This document shows, one piece after another, positions 40,907 to 51,333 of a stretch of 64,000 nucleotides of DNA. Position numbers and translations under genes: made by a program. The stretch lies in contig JAVRCJ020000009.1 in the NCBI GenBank assembly GCA_034530875.2, forward strand, positions 160,001-224,000. Direction: 5' to 3'. Every line of letters starts with the position of its first letter. Position 1 is the stretch's first letter. The notes under the pieces were generated by a model that saw only the letters and a program-made list of their open reading frames with translations, made no database searches and was not told the origin of the DNA. This stretch comes from Nostoc sp. DedSLP01. GTDB lineage: Bacteria; Cyanobacteriota; Cyanobacteriia; Cyanobacteriales; Nostocaceae.

Positions 40907-42331
40907 TTAGTTATTAATTTCTACAAGAACTTTCGCATAAGTTAAACCAGAAACTTTCAGACTATCTTCTGGAGATAGAGCAATTCTTACTTCTACAACT
41001 CTGGCATCTACATCTGCTGCTGGGTCTGTATTTAATACATCTTTCTTGCCAATTTTTCTACCAATTTCAGTGACAGTTCCTTTTAGTTCTTCACTAAATG
41101 CTCCATTATCGCTAGTAATAGTAGCGTTTTGACCGAGACGCACTTTGCCAATACTATCTTCAGCGACTTCAGCAACTACAACCATTTGACTGGTTTGCCC
41201 AAGTTCAGCAATACCATTTGTGCCTATAGCTTCACCCGACTTGGTGTAAATCTTTAAAATTTCTCCCGCAGTTGGGGCTTGAACGTAGCTTAATTTCAGT
41301 TCTGCTTCGGCTTTTCTAACATTAGCTATAGCATTACTAACTTGGGCTAACGCTACTTGCACATCACTAGGACTAACTTCCAAAAGTCTGCTGAGTTTGG
41401 CTTTCTCTTCATCGATTTGTCTTTGCAAAGTGGCTACAGTTTTGTCGCGGTTAACTTTGGCTTCAATTAACTGCTGTTGCAAAGTTGCTAAATTTTGTAT
41501 TTGATTCGCTCTTGCTTCGGCAAGTTGCTGTCGCAGGGTTGCCAATGTCTGCTTCAGCGTGGCTTGACTTTCAGCAACCTGCTGATTAGCTGTAATTGCG
41601 CTCAGGCGTCTTCTATCGCGTTCTTGCTGAGAAATTGCACCTTCTCTGTATAAAAAATCATAGCGTCCTGCATCAACTTGGGCATTGCGCTGTTCGGCTT
41701 TGATACGCGTCAGGGTTGCTCTGAGGGCTTCTCTTTGTCCGCTGAGTTCAGCTTCTAAGCGATTTACAGTTGCTTGTTGGACGAGTTTTTCTCCACTCAA
41801 CTGAGCAGCAATTCGAGCGATGGTTGCTTGCTGGGCATTCTTTTCCCCAATTAACTGGGCTTGTAGGCGAGCAATAACCGAGCTTTGGGCTTGAATATCT
41901 CTTGGAGATCCGGCTCTAACTTGCGCTAAATTTGCACGCGCTTCTTGGACTTTAGCTTTTGCCTCTTCTAGTGCGGCTATTTGAGTATCCCGGTTGTCCA
42001 AAATTGCGATAATTTGACCTTGTTTGACCTTTTCACCTTCTTTCACTAGAAGCTGCTGAACTCTGGAGGATGGTGCTAATCCTGAAGATGGTGCAGACAA
42101 TTTAATCACTTCACCTCGCGGTTCCAAACGCCCCACAGCACTAACGCTATTGCTAGATGGCATCACAGGTGCGGATACATTTAGTTTTTTCAACTGCTCG
42201 ATTTTCGCAGTACCCAGTACTCCAGCAGCAATCACTATTGGCACCGCTACAGCTATACCCCACCAAATTTTAGGTTGTTCGGGATTAAATGTACGTTCAG
42301 TTGGCTTCGGCTTCTCGGTCACCCTTGACAT
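40907..42331 (-). CDS. devB: DevB membrane fusion protein
   Basis: AVGRLEPRGEVI, long coiled coil, DPAADVDARVVEV; 474 aa and adjacent to pcyA, as I recall for Anabaena devBCA. Confidence 0.9.
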   Translation of the reverse strand: MSRVTEKPKPTERTFNPEQPKIWWGIAVAVPIVIAAGVLGTAKIEQLKKLNVSAPVMPSSNSVSAVGRLEPRGEVIKLSAPSSGLAPSSRVQQLLVKEGEKVKQGQIIAILDNRDTQIAALEEAKAKVQEARANLAQVRAGSPRDIQAQSSVIARLQAQLIGEKNAQQATIARIAAQLSGEKLVQQATVNRLEAELSGQREALRATLTRIKAEQRNAQVDAGRYDFLYREGAISQQERDRRRLSAITANQQVAESQATLKQTLATLRQQLAEARANQIQNLATLQQQLIEAKVNRDKTVATLQRQIDEEKAKLSRLLEVSPSDVQVALAQVSNAIANVRKAEAELKLSYVQAPTAGEILKIYTKSGEAIGTNGIAELGQTSQMVVVAEVAEDSIGKVRLGQNATITSDNGAFSEELKGTVTEIGRKIGKKDVLNTDPAADVDARVVEVRIALSPEDSLKVSGLTYAKVLVEINN

Positions 42332-43010
42332 AGTATGTTGCCCGTTTATCTGAATTGTGTCGATCGAGTAAAAAAGGGTTTTTCATCAATAGCCAACCGC
42401 TTAGAACAAACAACGGGTATGGCTTAATATCCACGCGATTGAGACTCAACACTCACACTAAAGATTTACAAAATTGTGCAAAAAAAGAATTCAGAATCAA
42501 TTAATGGCGCATTCAGATATAGAGGCGCAAGATATCGCGTCTCTATTGGAAATCGAAAACTGCTATGATGCGGTACTGTATGGCTACATTCACTACCGCA
42601 CAAATAAAGTAATTAACATCAATTAATCAGTCAACACTAGTAACTGTTGATTGATAAGAGAATGCTCCGATTTAAATATCAGAAGTCAGAATAGTTGGAA
42701 AACCAATCTTGTATACCCACTTGATTTTGTGCAAATTCTCAAGCTGGGATACGAAGCCTTAATGATTCTGAATTCTGAATTCTTACGCTTAATCAGCGGA
42801 GGCTACAGTTATTTACAAAATTGAAAAACAAGATTAAAAATCATTGTTTCAAAGACCTAATACCAATTCTCAAAAATTTTGCTACACATTATTCTCGCGT
42901 CACTGTTTCACTGTGCTTCCGCGCCATTATCTGTAACTGAGTTAAAGCTAATTGGTCTTACTAATCTCCCTGCTTCTATTTTGGGACTCCATCAAACTCT
43001 CGTTGAATGA

Positions 43011-43052
43011 ATTCTACATTTATCAATCGCCAGAAAACGTAACAGAACCTAC
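43011..43052 (-). promoter_or_regulatory. Class II NtcA-activated promoter of devBCA
   Basis: Minus strand reads GTA-GGTTCTGT-TAC-N22-TAGAAT, with exact canonical spacing. Confidence 0.8.
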
Positions 43053-43187
43053 AGATAAGCCAATTCGGGCATTGGGCATGGGGCATTGGGCATTGGTCAT
43101 TAGTTATTAATTATTCTCCTCTGCCCCCTCTGCCCCCTCTGCCCCCTCTGCTCCCCATCTCCCTATCTCTTCTGCCCCTGGAGCCTT

Positions 43188-43937
43188 TTACTTCGTAACC
43201 TCCTGTGGAAGGTCGAACAGAACTGTGGTCATGTAATGTTCTGCCCAAGCTGGACCGAAGGCTTTTTCTAGGACGCGGCGGGTTTTGTCGTTTTGCTGCT
43301 GTTTGGTGCAGTAGTTGTGTTGTCCGGCGAGATTTTGCGTGACTTGTTCGATTGGAACTGGACTAGATGCGATCGCCTGGGTACAATGAATCTCTAAAAA
43401 GTCTTGTACGCGAGACAAAAACATTGTTTCTTCTTCTGGGGAAGTCGGGCGCACGAAGATGCAAAAATCTGAAAAAATATTTCCCCATTCAGGTAATTCC
43501 CGCGGTTGGGAAAAGTTAAGCATTGTTAACTGAGTGAGGGCAGCATTATAAGATTCTGGTAAGGTTTGTTCTGTATTTAGGGGAGAAAGGTCTGCGATCG
43601 CTGCACTAATTTGACCTCTACCCCCCACTAAATCACAGCCAAACATCGGCAGGTTATATTCTGGACGGGGAAACATGACGCAATGCAAAATATCCAGCAT
43701 ATTCCCCACTTTTGCCAGTTCCAAGTGCATTTTTCGGAACTGAGGCGTTTGATAGCAACGGTTTTCAATCGTCAGTTTTTCTCCTTCTAGTCTACCTTCC
43801 ACATACCCCAACTCAGCTGGCAAATGGTATGGCGATAGATCCAGATGTTGATGCCAAGCTGCCTCAATACAATCAGCTAGCTGACGAATTAGGGGATGTT
43901 GTTGCTCGCGCAGCGAGGACATAGAAGTAAATGACAT
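43188..43937 (-). CDS. pcyA: Phycocyanobilin:ferredoxin oxidoreductase
   Basis: [41 protein letters not shown]. Confidence 0.96.
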   Translation of the reverse strand: MSFTSMSSLREQQHPLIRQLADCIEAAWHQHLDLSPYHLPAELGYVEGRLEGEKLTIENRCYQTPQFRKMHLELAKVGNMLDILHCVMFPRPEYNLPMFGCDLVGGRGQISAAIADLSPLNTEQTLPESYNAALTQLTMLNFSQPRELPEWGNIFSDFCIFVRPTSPEEETMFLSRVQDFLEIHCTQAIASSPVPIEQVTQNLAGQHNYCTKQQQNDKTRRVLEKAFGPAWAEHYMTTVLFDLPQEVTK

Positions 43938-44076
43938 ATTCTAGTTGCAAATTGGATCTAGTAGCCAGTCTACAACTTGCCGTGCCTCACAGTTATAGCT
44001 TGCAATATTAAGCAAACACTTACTCCAGGCAACGTAAAGTTATAAGACAGGTGCTTTTCACAAGTATTGTTTATTT

Positions 44077-44092
44077 TGTAGTCTAAGTTACA
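44077..44092. promoter_or_regulatory. Putative NtcA site TGTA-GTCTAAGT-TACA between divergent pcyA and the 75-aa ORF
   Basis: Extended consensus match ~40 nt upstream of ATG 44132. Confidence 0.5.
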
Positions 44093-44131
44093 GAAATAAT
44101 TTTTGATTAGCCCATAGTTGAAGGCATAGAG

Positions 44132-44359
44132 ATGAAACTAGATTCTAAGAAACCAGATTTTGCTGTCCAAGCAAGAAGGCGGAATCTGGAGGATTTACGG
44201 CAGGTAAGGGCATCAAGTTGGGTGAAGCTTTTAGAACTTCCCAACCCTTTTAGTTTTGATGAAGCACTTTTGTTGTGTCCAGTTTCAGAGGATGAGTGGC
44301 TGGCTTGGGTTCCAGATCATGGTGAGATAATACTGAATATTAGGCAATTTAGTTATTAG
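44132..44359 (+). CDS. Small conserved hypothetical protein (75 aa)
   Basis: WVKLLELPNPFSFDEALLLC..WLAWVPDHGE looks like a real folded domain. Confidence 0.7.
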   Translation: MKLDSKKPDFAVQARRRNLEDLRQVRASSWVKLLELPNPFSFDEALLLCPVSEDEWLAWVPDHGEIILNIRQFSY

Positions 44360-44414
44360 TCATTGGTCATTGGTCATTAGTTATTAGTCATTGGTTTAAC
44401 TAAAGGGTAAATGA

Positions 44415-45008
44415 CTATTGCCAAAAATCTGTAACGTCATATCCCAGTTCTGCTAGCATCTGCCGCAAGAGGGGTAAGCTGAGGCCAATTACATTGCTGT
44501 GACAGCCTTCGATTTTTTCGACGAACAAACTACCAAAACCTTCAAGAGCAAAGGCGCCAGCACACTTAAGGGGTTCGCCTGTAGCTACATAAGCTTTGAT
44601 TGCCTTGTCGCTCATTGGAGCAAAGTAAACTCTTGTAACTTGAGACTGGACTACAGTACGGTTTTGGTCGAGGTCAATCAAGGCGTGACCTGTATATAAG
44701 TCGCCAAAGCTACCTTGCATTATCTGCCAACGAGCGATCGCTTCACTAGCGTCTGCCGGCTTGCCATGAATCTGATTGTTGACAGACAAAACCGAATCAC
44801 AACCCATAATCAAGCCTGATTTAAACTGTGGGATTACAGTTTGTGCTTTGTACTGAGCAAGAGTTTTGACTAATTGTTCGGGTTCGCTTAATTGGATTTG
44901 CGACTCATCAAAGTCACTAGGTCGGACTATCGGTTCAATACCAACAGTTTGCAGCAAGCGCCGTCGCGCTGGGGAAGCTGAGGCCAGTACAAAAGGTAGG
45001 ATGCCCAT
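44415..45008 (-). CDS. maf: Maf family nucleoside-triphosphate pyrophosphatase
   Basis: [28 protein letters not shown]; the track's upstream extension is repeat-derived, so ATG 45008 was chosen. Confidence 0.92.
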   Translation of the reverse strand: MGILPFVLASASPARRRLLQTVGIEPIVRPSDFDESQIQLSEPEQLVKTLAQYKAQTVIPQFKSGLIMGCDSVLSVNNQIHGKPADASEAIARWQIMQGSFGDLYTGHALIDLDQNRTVVQSQVTRVYFAPMSDKAIKAYVATGEPLKCAGAFALEGFGSLFVEKIEGCHSNVIGLSLPLLRQMLAELGYDVTDFWQ

Positions 45009-45014
45009 AAAGAG

Positions 45015-45147
45015 ATGAGGGGGAGATGGGGAGATGGGGAGGCAAGGGGTAAAGGAGCAGGGGAAAAGGTTAAAGGGAAAAGGGATAAATATAATCTTTC
45101 GCCTTTCCCCCTTACCCCAATCCCAATACCCCATTCATTAGCCCCAT
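45015..45147 (-). repeat. Composite STRR-derived dispersed repeat family B, copy 2
   Basis: Reverse complement is colinear with 37747-37880. Confidence 0.85.
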
Positions 45148-45156
45148 ACCCAATTA

Positions 45157-45702
45157 TCAATAAACAGCAAAAGAATTTACAACTTCATCAATTGTTTGTT
45201 TAACTTTTGGCCAGCGTTTTTCAGAAACTGAGGCGTTGAAGGTAAAAAGTTTACCGCGGCTAACAGCGACGCTGGCGATATTGTGGCGTTGCTGTTGATT
45301 GGGAAGTTTAACTTCATACTCTAAAAGGTAGTATGTTTTACCATCTACTTCTCGCTGTGCGGCATTGATTAATTCAGCTGAGCGACCAGAATCAGCAGGT
45401 GCCAGAGCTGCTTTTCCCAATTTGTATCCTACTTCTGTGGGAGTTCCCAATTCTGCTAAAGTTTTATTTTCTGGAACTGGGCTGATCGCTACAGAAACGT
45501 TTTCTGATACTTCAATTAAATCGTGAAAAACCACATCCGGGCCGTTGGCGACTTTAACTTGCAGCCAGCCATTAGGATATAAAAACTGATAGCCATCATT
45601 GGTGTCTACAAAGCTTTTGAGTCCAGCTGCGATTGCTACATCAGAATTGCTCAGGCTGAAGCTCAACACCAATAGCAAAATTAATACAATTCGTTTCCAC
45701 AT
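45157..45702 (-). CDS. psbP: PsbP (CyanoP) photosystem II extrinsic protein
   Basis: DGYQFLYPNGW, DVVFHDLIE, LGTPTEVG, VSRGKLFT; signal peptide. Confidence 0.9.
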   Translation of the reverse strand: MWKRIVLILLLVLSFSLSNSDVAIAAGLKSFVDTNDGYQFLYPNGWLQVKVANGPDVVFHDLIEVSENVSVAISPVPENKTLAELGTPTEVGYKLGKAALAPADSGRSAELINAAQREVDGKTYYLLEYEVKLPNQQQRHNIASVAVSRGKLFTFNASVSEKRWPKVKQTIDEVVNSFAVY

Positions 45703-45822
45703 TTATACAGGTTCCTTTAGGCTGGAGGCAATACCAGGCAAGCATCATTTATCGTTTTTATTCTCCCACCAAGCGGCACGTTTGGGGTGAAGCATTAAGA
45801 TGAGGGGGTTTATCGACAATAC

Positions 45823-45995
45823 AAAAAACCCCGACTGGATAGCCGGGGTAAATGGGAGAAGTCCAAATGTCGATGAGATATACCGATACCGAAGTCTATT
45901 TTTTTAGCTAACATTCAAGGCAACCAAAACTAGAAAGGTCAGATAGAGGTGCAACCCTAACTAGCTGGCTTGCTTTGCTGCTTTGTTAACCTATG
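45823..45995 (-). ncRNA. Candidate trans-acting sRNA, PsrR1(SyR1)-like
   Basis: Promoter TTGACT-N18-TATATT with extended TG; HLR1 motif overlaps the -10/TSS; terminator ACCCCGGCT..AGTCGGGGTTTTTT; no ORF in the track. Identity as PsrR1 is inferred. Confidence 0.6.
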
Positions 45996-46031
45996 TAAAT
46001 AAATATAACAATATTTATTACAGTTAGTCAA
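45992..46031 (-). promoter_or_regulatory. Sigma70 promoter with HLR1 (RpaB) direct repeat GTTATATT-TA-TTTACATA
   Basis: Matches (G/T)TTACA(T/A)(T/A)-N2-(G/T)TTACA(T/A)(T/A) with one mismatch at 45992-46009; -35 at 46026-46031. Confidence 0.65.
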
Positions 46032-46203
46032 CTAGCCTTGACAAAAAAGTTTGATAGCTTTAAGAACCATTTATCAAGGTAGTACACCTGAGAAAATTTT
46101 GAGCGTCAGCCATGAAAAAATCAGTAGGGGCTGGAGACTGGTATTTTTACATCGCAAAAGTCTTTACAATTCCCTTGTTGGCTCAAAAAGTATTTTTCAA
46201 CGT

Positions 46204-47040
46204 ATGACGAATCAAGCTCCTATCCCGGTTATTGTCAATGGTGCTGCTGGTAAGATGGGTCGTGAAGTAGTTAAGGCGGTGGCGCAAGCACCAGATTTGA
46301 ACTTAGTGGGTGCAATTGATAGCAGTCCGCAACATCAAGATAAAGATGCTGGAGAATTGGCGGGTTTAAGCGAACCTTTGGAAGTGCCAATTACCAATCA
46401 ATTAGAACCGATGTTGGGTTATGTGGCTGGGGAGAGACAAGGGCCGCCAGGGGTGATAGTGGATTTTACTCATCCGGATTCAGTTTATGATAATATTCGC
46501 AGTGCGATCGCCTACGGTATTCGTCCGGTAGTTGGCACCACTGGATTGAGTCCAGAACAAATTCAAGATTTAGCAGACTTTGCCGAAAAAGCTAGCACTG
46601 GTTGTCTAATTATTCCTAACTTTTCCATTGGTATGGTGCTGCTACAACAAGCCGCAGTCGCCGCTTCTCAATATTTTGACCACGTAGAAATTATCGAATT
46701 ACATCACAACCAAAAAGCTGACGCTCCCAGCGGTACTGCGATTCAAACGGCACAGTTATTAGGAGAATTAGGTAAAGCTTTTAACCCGAAGTTGGTGGAA
46801 GAAACTGAGAAATTACCAGGAGCTAGGGGAAGCCAAGCAGATGAAGGTATTAGAATTCATAGCGTGCGTTTGCCGGGATTGGTAGCGCATCAGGAAGTCA
46901 TTTTTGGCGCACCGGGGCAGATTTATACTTTACGGCACGATACGAGCGATCGCGCTTGCTATATGCCAGGAGTACTGTTAGCCATTCGCAAAGTCTTAGC
47001 GCTAAAGTCATTAATATATGGATTAGAAAAAATACTTTAA
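46204..47040 (+). CDS. dapB: 4-hydroxy-tetrahydrodipicolinate reductase
   Basis: [34 protein letters not shown] 46204. Confidence 0.96.
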   Translation: MTNQAPIPVIVNGAAGKMGREVVKAVAQAPDLNLVGAIDSSPQHQDKDAGELAGLSEPLEVPITNQLEPMLGYVAGERQGPPGVIVDFTHPDSVYDNIRSAIAYGIRPVVGTTGLSPEQIQDLADFAEKASTGCLIIPNFSIGMVLLQQAAVAASQYFDHVEIIELHHNQKADAPSGTAIQTAQLLGELGKAFNPKLVEETEKLPGARGSQADEGIRIHSVRLPGLVAHQEVIFGAPGQIYTLRHDTSDRACYMPGVLLAIRKVLALKSLIYGLEKIL

Positions 47041-47046
47041 ACAGAG

Positions 47047-47238
47047 AGAATTCAAGAGTCAGGAGTCAGAATTCAGAATTTAACTGAGTACAACTGGTGA
47101 ATGTACCTTGCCTCTGCGTAGGAGTATAAACGGTGAAACACTCGTGCATAATTCTCAATTTAGCGATCTTCAATTAGTAGCAGACTTGTAGCTCACTAAT
47201 TTATTCTGAATCCTGAATTCTGAATTCTGAATTCTTCT
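47047..47238. repeat. Element bounded by inverted STRR arrays (AATTCAG)n ... (CTGAATT)n
   Basis: Opposed heptamer arrays flank a unique core; similar layout at 42678-42783. Confidence 0.55.
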
Positions 47239-47267
47239 TTAACCTCATTACTTAGTACTCAGCACTC

Positions 47268-47957
47268 ATGTTAGTACCACTGACTCGCCAGAAATTTGAA
47301 CAAATTGTCCCCTTAATTGCCACTGGACTTCAGTACAAGTATTACTGGGGAAAGTTTGCAAATTTTTTGCAACGCTTGTTAATTTCTGTAGTTGCCGTAG
47401 TTGTAATTCTGCTTGTCAGAGCCTTTTTCAGACTGGAGTTCGGGCCGATAATATTTGTGCTGGGTGTAATTAGCGGTTTTTTTTGGCTGTGGTATCCGGT
47501 GTTTCAAGCAAGTATCAGGAATTCACAATGCCGCCGTTATAAATACAGCGGCTTTTTCCGCGGTCGAGTCTTAGATTGGTGGATTACAGAACAGTTAATT
47601 GGGAAACAAGAAACCGTCAATAGCAAAGGTGAATTGGTAATTGTCGAAAACCGAGAAAAACGGATTAACTTAGAAGTCGGCGATGATACGGGATTTAGTC
47701 TTGAATTTGACGCGCCGCTGCGTTCTACCCATAAAGCGATCGCTCGCGGTCAAATCGCAGAAATGGTAGTCATGTCAAATCGCCCAGATTTAAGCACCAT
47801 CGAAGAATTTACCGATATCTACATTCCTAGTCGCGACCTTTGGGTGAGCGATTATCCTTACCTGCGGCGCGATTTCTTTAACGAAGTCGGCCGTCGCTTG
47901 CGTGAAGATCGAGAGGAGAGAAGGCCGCGTCGGCGTCGGCCAAGAGTAGAAGACTGA
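47268..47957 (+). CDS. Conserved cyanobacterial two-TM membrane protein
   Basis: MLVPLTRQKFEQIVPLIATG; two TM segments; Arg-rich tail. Confidence 0.75.
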   Translation: MLVPLTRQKFEQIVPLIATGLQYKYYWGKFANFLQRLLISVVAVVVILLVRAFFRLEFGPIIFVLGVISGFFWLWYPVFQASIRNSQCRRYKYSGFFRGRVLDWWITEQLIGKQETVNSKGELVIVENREKRINLEVGDDTGFSLEFDAPLRSTHKAIARGQIAEMVVMSNRPDLSTIEEFTDIYIPSRDLWVSDYPYLRRDFFNEVGRRLREDREERRPRRRRPRVED

Positions 47958-48010
47958 ATGCCAGAAATACTAATACTTTTACCTCCTGCCTCCTGCCTCC
48001 TGCCTCCTGC

Positions 48011-49423
48011 TTAACGGCTACATCCAACCTTGATGAGTTTACCTTTGAGGCGATAAGTTACTGGTTCGCAAACAAGACTTGCCGAATCCAGCTTCATAAA
48101 ACTCGGTGCAGAGCGACTTTGTTTAGATAGCTGCGATCGCCAATCGCCAGCTATTTTTTTCAAAGTCGGGTGTGCTTTGATAAACTCTGCATCTGCAACA
48201 ATATCGTTAGCTCCCTTAACCTTTACAGAGGGACTATTGAGGTAGATATTGTAATCAAAAATAACATTTTTGCCTTTAATATTATTGTTAACATCCTTAC
48301 CAGGATAAGCATAGAGAATATTATTTAAAACTTTCACATCAGATGATTTTTGAGTAAATATTTGCCCTAAATCAAGTTCTGGAGTCTGATTATTTAAAAA
48401 AGCTGTGTTGTTTATAATATCGACATGAGCGCCATAAAATGCATGAATACCAGAACCACCATTATGAAATGTCAGATTATTTTTAACTAAAGTACGTCCT
48501 TTATATGGAGGTGTTTTTGAGCCGTTACCCTTAACTAAACTATCAATAATAATGCCATTCCCGTCCGTAATAGTTCCAGTATTAATCCAAGGAATATACT
48601 GTCGATTGTTGTAGACCTTGTTGTTAGTTACAAACATCTTATATCCCCGCTTATTATCAGAGTTCCAATTACGCAGCATGGAAATCCCGCTGCCAGCATA
48701 GACACCATACCAGGCATTATCGAATACTTCGTTATTATCTATAGTCACATAGTCGGCTTCAATTACTCCAATACCGCCGCCACTACAGCTATGCAGTTTG
48801 TTATTGACAATACGTATATGATGCGGATGACCTTTTTTTCGTCCATCTATACTAATACAGCCTCCATTTGTCAGAGGATTTAATCTGTTATTCCTCTCAC
48901 TCATGGCATACTCAAGAGTGACATTGGCACTATTTCCTATTATTTCAAGACCATTTACTTCAATATATGAAGCGCCTTCTTTAATGGAAATTCCCTGCCA
49001 TCCATTGTGCTGAAGCTTTGGTGAATGCCCGGGATATGCTTTAAACTGAATCCATGCATTTGCAGTTCCAGAGCGAGTAATTGCTACTACATCTCCTTTT
49101 GGATTTGCATTTGTGTAGACTCCGTTCATAATGAGTACGGTGTCTCCAGGCTTGGTAAGATTTGCTGCCTTTTGAATACTTCTAAAAGGGGATGAAACAG
49201 AAAGTCCATTATTTATGTCGTCCCCATTACCGCTAACGTAGTATGTTTTTCCTTTTGTTTTAGTACTAATTAACTGGGGAGTCGGCGGTACTACTGTTTC
49301 CTCAACAATAGAGTCCTGACTAACATCTTCGACTACAGATAATTTGTTGTCTCCCTGAAGCAAAAGGCCTAAAACTACAGGGATTGCAATATATGTACTT
49401 AAGCTAAAACCTTCTATTACCAT
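48011..49423 (-). CDS. Right-handed parallel beta-helix (pectate-lyase-like, DUF1565-type N-terminus) exported protein
   Basis: YYVSGNGDDINNGLSVSSPFRSIQKAA, PGDTVLIMNGVY, Asn-ladder repeats, TDGNGIIID. Confidence 0.85.
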   Translation of the reverse strand: MVIEGFSLSTYIAIPVVLGLLLQGDNKLSVVEDVSQDSIVEETVVPPTPQLISTKTKGKTYYVSGNGDDINNGLSVSSPFRSIQKAANLTKPGDTVLIMNGVYTNANPKGDVVAITRSGTANAWIQFKAYPGHSPKLQHNGWQGISIKEGASYIEVNGLEIIGNSANVTLEYAMSERNNRLNPLTNGGCISIDGRKKGHPHHIRIVNNKLHSCSGGGIGVIEADYVTIDNNEVFDNAWYGVYAGSGISMLRNWNSDNKRGYKMFVTNNKVYNNRQYIPWINTGTITDGNGIIIDSLVKGNGSKTPPYKGRTLVKNNLTFHNGGSGIHAFYGAHVDIINNTAFLNNQTPELDLGQIFTQKSSDVKVLNNILYAYPGKDVNNNIKGKNVIFDYNIYLNSPSVKVKGANDIVADAEFIKAHPTLKKIAGDWRSQLSKQSRSAPSFMKLDSASLVCEPVTYRLKGKLIKVGCSR

Positions 49424-49522
49424 AATACTAGGCTCCTTACTCGCTGCTATCCAATAAAAGCATCAGGATATTTACTAATTTTTAGTACTATTTTGATACA
49501 GGATAGCACAGAGCTAAGTTTC

Positions 49523-50152
49523 CTAGCTGCCTCTATTTCGGTCTTGTCCATAAGCTTGCCAAGCCAAATCTACCAATCCATCAACGATCGCAGCTGCTAT
49601 CACTGCATTACCTTTACGGCTTTCTATCGTGATGTGAGGAACTAAGGAGTCTTGCAAGCGCCCTTTAGCCTCATCAACATTTACAAATCCCGCTGGAGTC
49701 GCAATTATTAAAGCTGGTCTAATTTCCTCAGCTTCAATTAAATCTACCAGTGCTGTTAATGCTGTTTGGGCTTGACCCACCACAAAAATCCCTTCTGGAT
49801 AACGCTTTGCTAGGGTTTCTATTCCCCATGCTGCCCGCGTTTTTTCTTTTTGCGGGCGTGTCAGGGCTTCCATGCTGCAATACACTGGATTGGCAAAAGT
49901 GTTTTGAATGTCGTAGGCAATACCTACTTGTACCATCGGTACATCTACCACAATCGTAGTCCGAGCAGCTAATGCTGCTGCTCCAGCTTGCAAGGCACGT
50001 TCAGAAAAGCGAATCAAAGACTTATACTCAAAGTCAGCCGTAGCATAGATTACGCGGCGCACAATCTCATATTCTGCGGGTGAAAAGACATGATCGCCAA
50101 TTTCACTGTCAATGATTGCTAAACTTTGAGCATCACTTACGTGCCATTCCAT
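49523..50152 (-). CDS. cobH: Precorrin-8X methylmutase (CobH/CbiC family)
   Basis: SLAIIDSEIG, IVRRVIYATADF, IATPAGFV, RKGNAVIAAA; ATG 50152. Confidence 0.8.
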   Translation of the reverse strand: MEWHVSDAQSLAIIDSEIGDHVFSPAEYEIVRRVIYATADFEYKSLIRFSERALQAGAAALAARTTIVVDVPMVQVGIAYDIQNTFANPVYCSMEALTRPQKEKTRAAWGIETLAKRYPEGIFVVGQAQTALTALVDLIEAEEIRPALIIATPAGFVNVDEAKGRLQDSLVPHITIESRKGNAVIAAAIVDGLVDLAWQAYGQDRNRGS

Positions 50153-50262
50153 TTTTGTTGAGCTTCTCAAATATTTAGCTTTCAGCTTATCAGTTTCAGA
50201 GAGTTAGGAGTCAGAATTCAGAATTCAGAAGTCAGAAGTCACAATTCCCCACTCAGTACTCT

Positions 50263-51069
50263 TCACTCATTGCTGGCAGAAGGGCGACTGAAAACAGGAG
50301 ATAGATAAGCAACTAAAGCGCCAATGAAAAACCCAGAAATATTGCGAACTAGAGGTAACCAGTCGCTTGTGCGTGTCACTACTGGACCGATGCCAAAGGC
50401 AATAAATAAGATTCCCCACAAAGGTGAGAAAATTAAAGCCCATTGCCAAGCAAAAATCTGTCCTTTTTCACGGGGTTGAGCTGCAAATCCACAAATTATT
50501 CCGCCAATAACTGAAGTAATCAAGGTGAGAATCCATTGTTCTCGCGGCAGTCCAGGAACAACATTACAACCACCTTTAACTAAACAGCCTTTAACGGATT
50601 CTAAGGCTTGAAGAATGGCTTGGTCTTCACCTTGTTCCCGTACAAAATACAAGTTACCGAACCTAGTTTGCAATTCTATCCAGAAAGTCCGGGGTAAAAG
50701 TTCATAAACAGCATCGCCGACACTAAAACTCAAGATATTACCACCCCGAGAATCAGCAACTAGCAGAATGCTTTTATCATCCAAACCCCAATAATTAATC
50801 ACTGCCCGGCCGGGAGTGCGGTCATACTGAGTCAATACTCGTAATTTCCAACCCGTATCGGTTTCAAACTGTTCTAAATCTTTGACAAGTTTTTCTTCTT
50901 GCAGTTCGGGGAGAGATTTAGCTAGGTCTACAACTGGGGTAAACGTCTTTGGAAGTAAGTCAGGATTGTCATAAGCCAGTGCCGGGGAAGAATGCATTAC
51001 CCAAATCGACCCAGCCAGGAAAAATACTGCAATGGATACCAGGATTCGTCGCCAAAAACTAGACTGCAT
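50263..51069 (-). CDS. TPM-domain membrane protein
   Basis: Signal ending ALA; TPVVDLAK, FETDTGWKLRVLT; three C-terminal TMs; ATG 51069. Confidence 0.8.
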   Translation of the reverse strand: MQSSFWRRILVSIAVFFLAGSIWVMHSSPALAYDNPDLLPKTFTPVVDLAKSLPELQEEKLVKDLEQFETDTGWKLRVLTQYDRTPGRAVINYWGLDDKSILLVADSRGGNILSFSVGDAVYELLPRTFWIELQTRFGNLYFVREQGEDQAILQALESVKGCLVKGGCNVVPGLPREQWILTLITSVIGGIICGFAAQPREKGQIFAWQWALIFSPLWGILFIAFGIGPVVTRTSDWLPLVRNISGFFIGALVAYLSPVFSRPSASNE

Positions 51070-51333
51070 GAACGTTTTTAGACTGATATTAAAGGTAAAA
51101 GTGAACAAGTTGTTTTAAAAGAGTACTGGAAAAATCATACTTCTTTACACTTGTTTACTTTACTCTAATCTTATGGATCAAAGCAAAAGGTTTTTGGGTA
51201 TGGGGACTAGGCAGTGGCATTTGTCAGCTTTTAAATATAAAGTGTATTTTGTCAATCAGTTAAAATACTTAAAATTGATGAAGCTATAGCGGAGTTTCCC
51301 ATACAATAAAAGGAGAATAGTTAGAGGTGAGAG

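Noticed and set aside
51144..51161. HLR1-like TTTACACT-TG-TTTACTTT upstream of the TPM gene
   Set aside because: One mismatch in each half-site in AT-rich DNA; too weak without conservation data.
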